Positions 1 through 64,000 of a DNA stretch of 64,000 nt are shown one piece after another. Every line of letters starts with the position of its first letter. Positions within the stretch are counted from its first letter, which is position 1. Position numbers and translations under genes: made by a program. The notes beneath the pieces are model-generated. The model did no database searches, was not told the DNA's origin, and saw nothing but the letters and a program-made list of their open reading frames with translations. The stretch is from the human T2T-CHM13v2.0 reference genome, Homo sapiens, in NCBI RefSeq assembly GCF_009914755.1, contig NC_060941.1. One strand, given 5' to 3'.

Positions 1-225
1 GTTAATGAAAAATGTATAATACACCAAACATACAGAAGATAAACTGGGCAATACTGCACAGGTATATGAAAACCTATGAATGACTGGATTCAGATGGATA
101 GCATGATAAAAAAAAATTTTATATCTTAAATCCTTAAGTCCTCTTAGAAGAATTATAGACTTTGGATCAGATTTACTTTATTAATAAGATCCAAATATAA
201 AGTTCTTTTTACTTATAATCATACA

Positions 226-245
226 CATATATATATATATATATA
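226..245. repeat. (AT)n microsatellite
   Basis: atatatatat... run. Confidence 0.9.
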
Positions 246-705
246 TTCACCCCACACAAAGAAGCTATTTAGAAATTACTAGAAATAGAAAATTAATAAA
301 GTTTTACATTAAAAGAAAGCCCAGAGGGTACATAAAGGAAAAGGACAACTGATATCAGAAGAGCAGAACAAAGGGAGGGAACAGAAAATGTCACAATCAC
401 CGTTTATAAGGTTTCTGTCAATAAGAAAATGGTTAACACATTTTAGAAAGATTTCAAATCATCAGAAACAGTTAAAATAAAAGCTGGTGCTTAAAAGTTT
501 CAGTTACTTCATCACCTCATTCACTGACACTGCCAGGTAAATGAGGCATGACTATTGACTATTACAATCCGTCCATATAAAAATATTCCTAACAAAAAAC
601 TTCACACTAAAAAAATCCATATATAATATTTCTTTCAATGCAGCTTCTTGATGGTTTTATTCAGCCAGTAACCTTCATTATTCAATTAATACAAACCATA
701 TTTCA

Positions 706-1200
<495 letters not shown>

Positions 1201-2704
1201 CTAATCCAAGGAGATGGCATCCCTCTGGCCAAACATGTGCCCCCTGTGGACTCCCCCAAGACACTGCCTGCCTGTTCCACTCTTTAGATAAAATGACTGG
1301 TATACTTGGTTATTAGGATGATCACTGACTATTTTGTTGACAGATTCTAATGTGTGCTCAGACTAAACCAAAATCTCATATATTAAAGACTTTCACTCTT
1401 TAACAGTTAAAGTGAAAAAAACTCCTACAGGAACTGGACCTGGTTATGGCATTTCCAACGCAGGGGCAAGCGATGAATGGCAGGGTTGACCCCACCATTC
1501 CCCTGGTAATCACTGCTGGGTGTACTACTAACATTGCCTCGCATTCTCTGAACAAACCAATAAAGCAAAAGTAATTCCCACTTTATGGATAAGGAAGACG
1601 TAGAATGTGACTTGTCCAAGGCCACAGAGTAAACAGATGAGCTCAGATTCAAACCTTGGTGAATACCAGCTTCATAAAGCCAGTGCTCTGTCTACCGTAA
1701 TATGCAACACTCTAAAGTTAGCAAAATCAAGTTTATTATACCCACGCTGTAATCCACATACTTGCAAGCAATTAATAAACTCAGAGTGGAAGGTTAAATC
1801 ATCTGAAAATAAACATCAAAAATGTATCACTAATTCTTGGCAATTCTTGTATCTAAGCAATCACCAAAATATTTAATAACTCAAAGATGATTTATCATCA
1901 AACATAAGAATTAACTCCCTGGGAGGAAAGAAACAAAATTCTCAGATTTTTTTTTTTTAGTAACAGGGTATCTGTTTCCAAAATAAACATCTCAGACACG
2001 AAACAGTGTGGGAAAGAATCATTCCCTACGTGGTGGAGATTTCCCCACTGAATCACACTCAGTGCTAAGCACCCGCTGGCTTTGCACAGCACATAACGGT
2101 GCTTGAGGAAGATGCATCTGCTCTTGACACTGACATACTCGAAGGATTTCCTACCCAGTGATGAGCAAAATTTTCCTCTCTACCAGCCAGCAAGCTCAGC
2201 ACTCCAGCACATGGCTTATAAGGATACTTGTATTAAAACCTTGGCCCAAAAAGGACAAAGCTGGCACAGGACCACATCTTGATGTAACTACATTCCACCA
2301 ACTAGGAGCAATTTGTGAATGGCAAAAATGTAGCACAGACAATAATAGTATAACAATGCATCATCAAAAGGGGAAAATATAGATGATTAAGATGGAACGA
2401 AACAAGTAGATTCTCTCTTTGATGTCTACGTGTAAGTAAAAAAAAGTGGCCATGGCAATGCACTTCAATCAAGTCAACCATCCCTCCACAAAACTAACGC
2501 TTTGACACTTTGGAAAGCTTTCATTTCTCACTGGAACTCTACCTCTATACAGATTTCACTCTGTCTAAAATGACCATTGCAAAGCAAAATCAGCCCGGAT
2601 CCATTTGGGACTCATGAATTAGTAAGACTATGGAAAAAAACAAACAAAAACCTAGTATTTTTTTTTTCCTTTGACAAGTTAATTCATTAAGATTAAAATG
2701 TTCT

Positions 2705-3072
<368 letters not shown>

Positions 3073-3565
3073 CTACAATTTCAAATAACTCTGCTAGAAC
3101 AAAATGAAACTCTATCAATTTATCATAATAGAGGCCTAGCCTGTTAAAGTGAAAACCCTGAAGCTAAGAACATGTTTCAAGGTTTATGGTTTTGCTACTA
3201 TCCTTGTATCTGTGGTAGAATACAAAAGCAAAACCTTCCTAGCACAATTCCTGGAGAAAGCCATCCATTGAACAAGCAAACATATCAAGTGCTTACAAGT
3301 AAAAGGTACTTCTTCACACAAGTACCATCTTTGTAGCCTTTCTTTCTGGGGCCCTGTTGGCACGGTGAATGGCCAAACTAACACGGCATAGGCAACAGCT
3401 CTTGAGTGCTTCCTCTGACCCAATGATCAAATTCTAGATCATGTAGCCTGTGAGTACAGACTACAGAAGCCTTTGAGAATTTTGGGAACAAGGTCAGAAA
3501 GTCTTCAAAAATTACTCGGATAAAAATAAAATTGCCTGCAGGGAAACATACACACTTCTTCCTAC

Positions 3566-61182
<57,617 letters not shown>

Positions 61183-62164
61183 GTCTGGCCCGGCACTGCC
61201 TGCAACCTCGCGAGAAGTGCGCGGCTCAACCGGGGCGGTGCGGAACGGAATCACCAAGTCTCGCGAGAATCGCGGGAGGCGCGGCAAAAGGCGGAGCCGA
61301 GGGTAGGAAAGTGGGTGAATGAAAGCGGAGGGGGTTGCTGGACTCTGGGGGAAGCGGAGAGCCGGGTTTCTTTTTACCGGGTATTTTTGAGGCTCGAGAT
61401 TTATTAAGCACTGACTGAGCCCTGTCATATTCCACGTCCTTGGCAGGGCACCGAAAAGGATGACACAACGAATGCAGACTACTCTGGAGAAGCTTGGCAA
61501 TGAGAGGGTCGAGAGAGGGGGTTTGTTGGTCCTTAGGTTTGTAAAGAAAGGAGAGGCTGGGAGAAAGGAGTCAGTGGAGAGGTCCCTGGGGAGGTAGGAT
61601 GCTCTGCATGCGATGCAGAACTCAGGAAAACGGATTAAATTTAGACTAGAGGCAGGTCACCTGTTATTCCACTAAAACGGTAGGAAACAAGAACATGCGT
61701 GCAGATATATAGGGGGGAAGAAAATCAGGGAGATCGTTTGATGACATCGATTTTATGGGTGAAGTTATGAGACAAGGAAGGAGACCAAGAAGAGCAAAGA
61801 AACTTTGGAAGAGGACGCTGAAGTTGGAAGGCCTGGTTTCATGTGCCTCATGTATGTGTTGATGGATCACTTTTTTCTAGAACTCAGCCACCAGGCTGCA
61901 GTAGCAGATATTTTGAATTATAGCATTTATCCAGGGCTTGGGATTGCATTGCCCAAAATAAATTGAGGGTGCTATGAGACGACAGCCCAGGCCATCAAAC
62001 GTGGGATACAGACTGGCTAGGGACTGATGGAGGAGCCACGAAACTGCAGGTCTCTGATAATTGAAGGCCAGTGCAGTGCAGGCAATGTTGTGAGAGCTTG
62101 GTGGTTAAAGTGGCAAACAGGTTCATAGTGAAGTAGCACTAGGAGATGAGAAAAGTCCAGGACA

Positions 62165-63130
<966 letters not shown>

Positions 63131-63880
63131 AAAAAGAAGAATCTGAGAACAGAATAAGAGTGTCAGAAACGAAAAGGAGGATTTAAAGTTGGAGAAGCTT
63201 TAGGTGCTGTTAAGGATAAGCATTAGTGGGTAGTGAGGTGGAGTGGAGGAGGAATTTGGAGCTTAGATCGTGGGAACATAGAGTCAAGCACTGAATTTTT
63301 GAGGAAGAGTAGGAATTCTGGCTGCCAGGTACCTGGGAGATGAGAGACGGTGTTGAAACGTGTAAGCCTTTTTGTTGTGGCAGGAGACGAAAGGCACGAA
63401 GATGGTAGGGGAGAACTTTCCCTACCATGGGAAGGCCATCGCTTAAAGCGTCCCTGTCTGTTGAGAATGGTTTATAGGGGTGCCCAATGGTGAGTCTTTG
63501 GGGCCTTCAGAGTGGCCAGGCAGGCCAGGCTCCTCTGGATGCAAGCAGCCTCATCTTTTTATGGTGGAGTACCCTGCGAATATTGCCTGGGCCATAACGT
63601 AAAAGCAACATGAAAGTTGTTGTAAAGTACTGTCACAGCTGACTCCCGATTTTGCATGATGACTATCGTTACCTCAGCAGCACCAGCCTAGGGTCTGGAA
63701 TATAGCAGGCACTCAAAATGTTTGATGAGGTGTTTCCACTGTGTGCTATTCTGGGAATTAAGAGACCTGAGTTCAAGTTTGGCTCTGCAGCTACTTGCTG
63801 TGTTGATGATGGGCAAGTCCTTGCAAGCCTTATGCTGCATCTCAGATTCTACCTATTTGACGAAGAACTTGGACTAGAAT

Positions 63881-64000
63881 CCATGGTTCCTAAAGATTTG
63901 GAGGGCCATGACCCCCTTTGAGAATTTGATGAAAACCAGAGACCCTCTCCGTTTGAGTAGCACACAAATGTGTGCCGTTTCAGTGTGCTTGGACTGGATG
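63881..64000. mobile_element. hAT-Charlie MER-type element, truncated by the window end
   Basis: catggttcct...gaccccctttgagaatttgatgaaa...gaccctctcc. Confidence 0.45.

Overview
Primate (almost certainly human, 17p13.2) genomic DNA holding the 5' half of ANKFY1 (Rabankyrin-5) on the minus strand. A CpG-island promoter lies at ~60.6-61.4 kb with two alternative first coding exons (1a, MAE-; 1b, MPTPRDCG-). Exons 2-7 follow and splice in frame into the coiled-coil/BTB/ankyrin N-terminus. Intron 4 uses a non-canonical GC donor, and read-through past it would give a 182-aa coiled-coil+BTB-only product. Intron 3 holds a full-length antisense processed pseudogene of RYK (RYKP1) with a poly(A) tail, target-site duplications (TSDs) and two later Alu insertions. 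The retrocopy appears to record an RYK mRNA lacking a 54-nt juxtamembrane exon. The rest is very Alu-dense intron (~60 copies) with old L1/L2/MIR, MaLR LTRs, DNA transposon fossils and a 24-bp VNTR. Nearly all ORFs in the supplied track are Alu- or GC-derived artefacts. There is no prokaryotic-type system. The best leads are RNA-level: GC donor/intronic polyadenylation, a stop-free exon 2-3 circle, the antisense RYK copy and a full-length CTCF site. Gene identities, RYK exon boundaries and repeat family or subfamily calls come from recall, not searches, and repeat boundaries are approximate.
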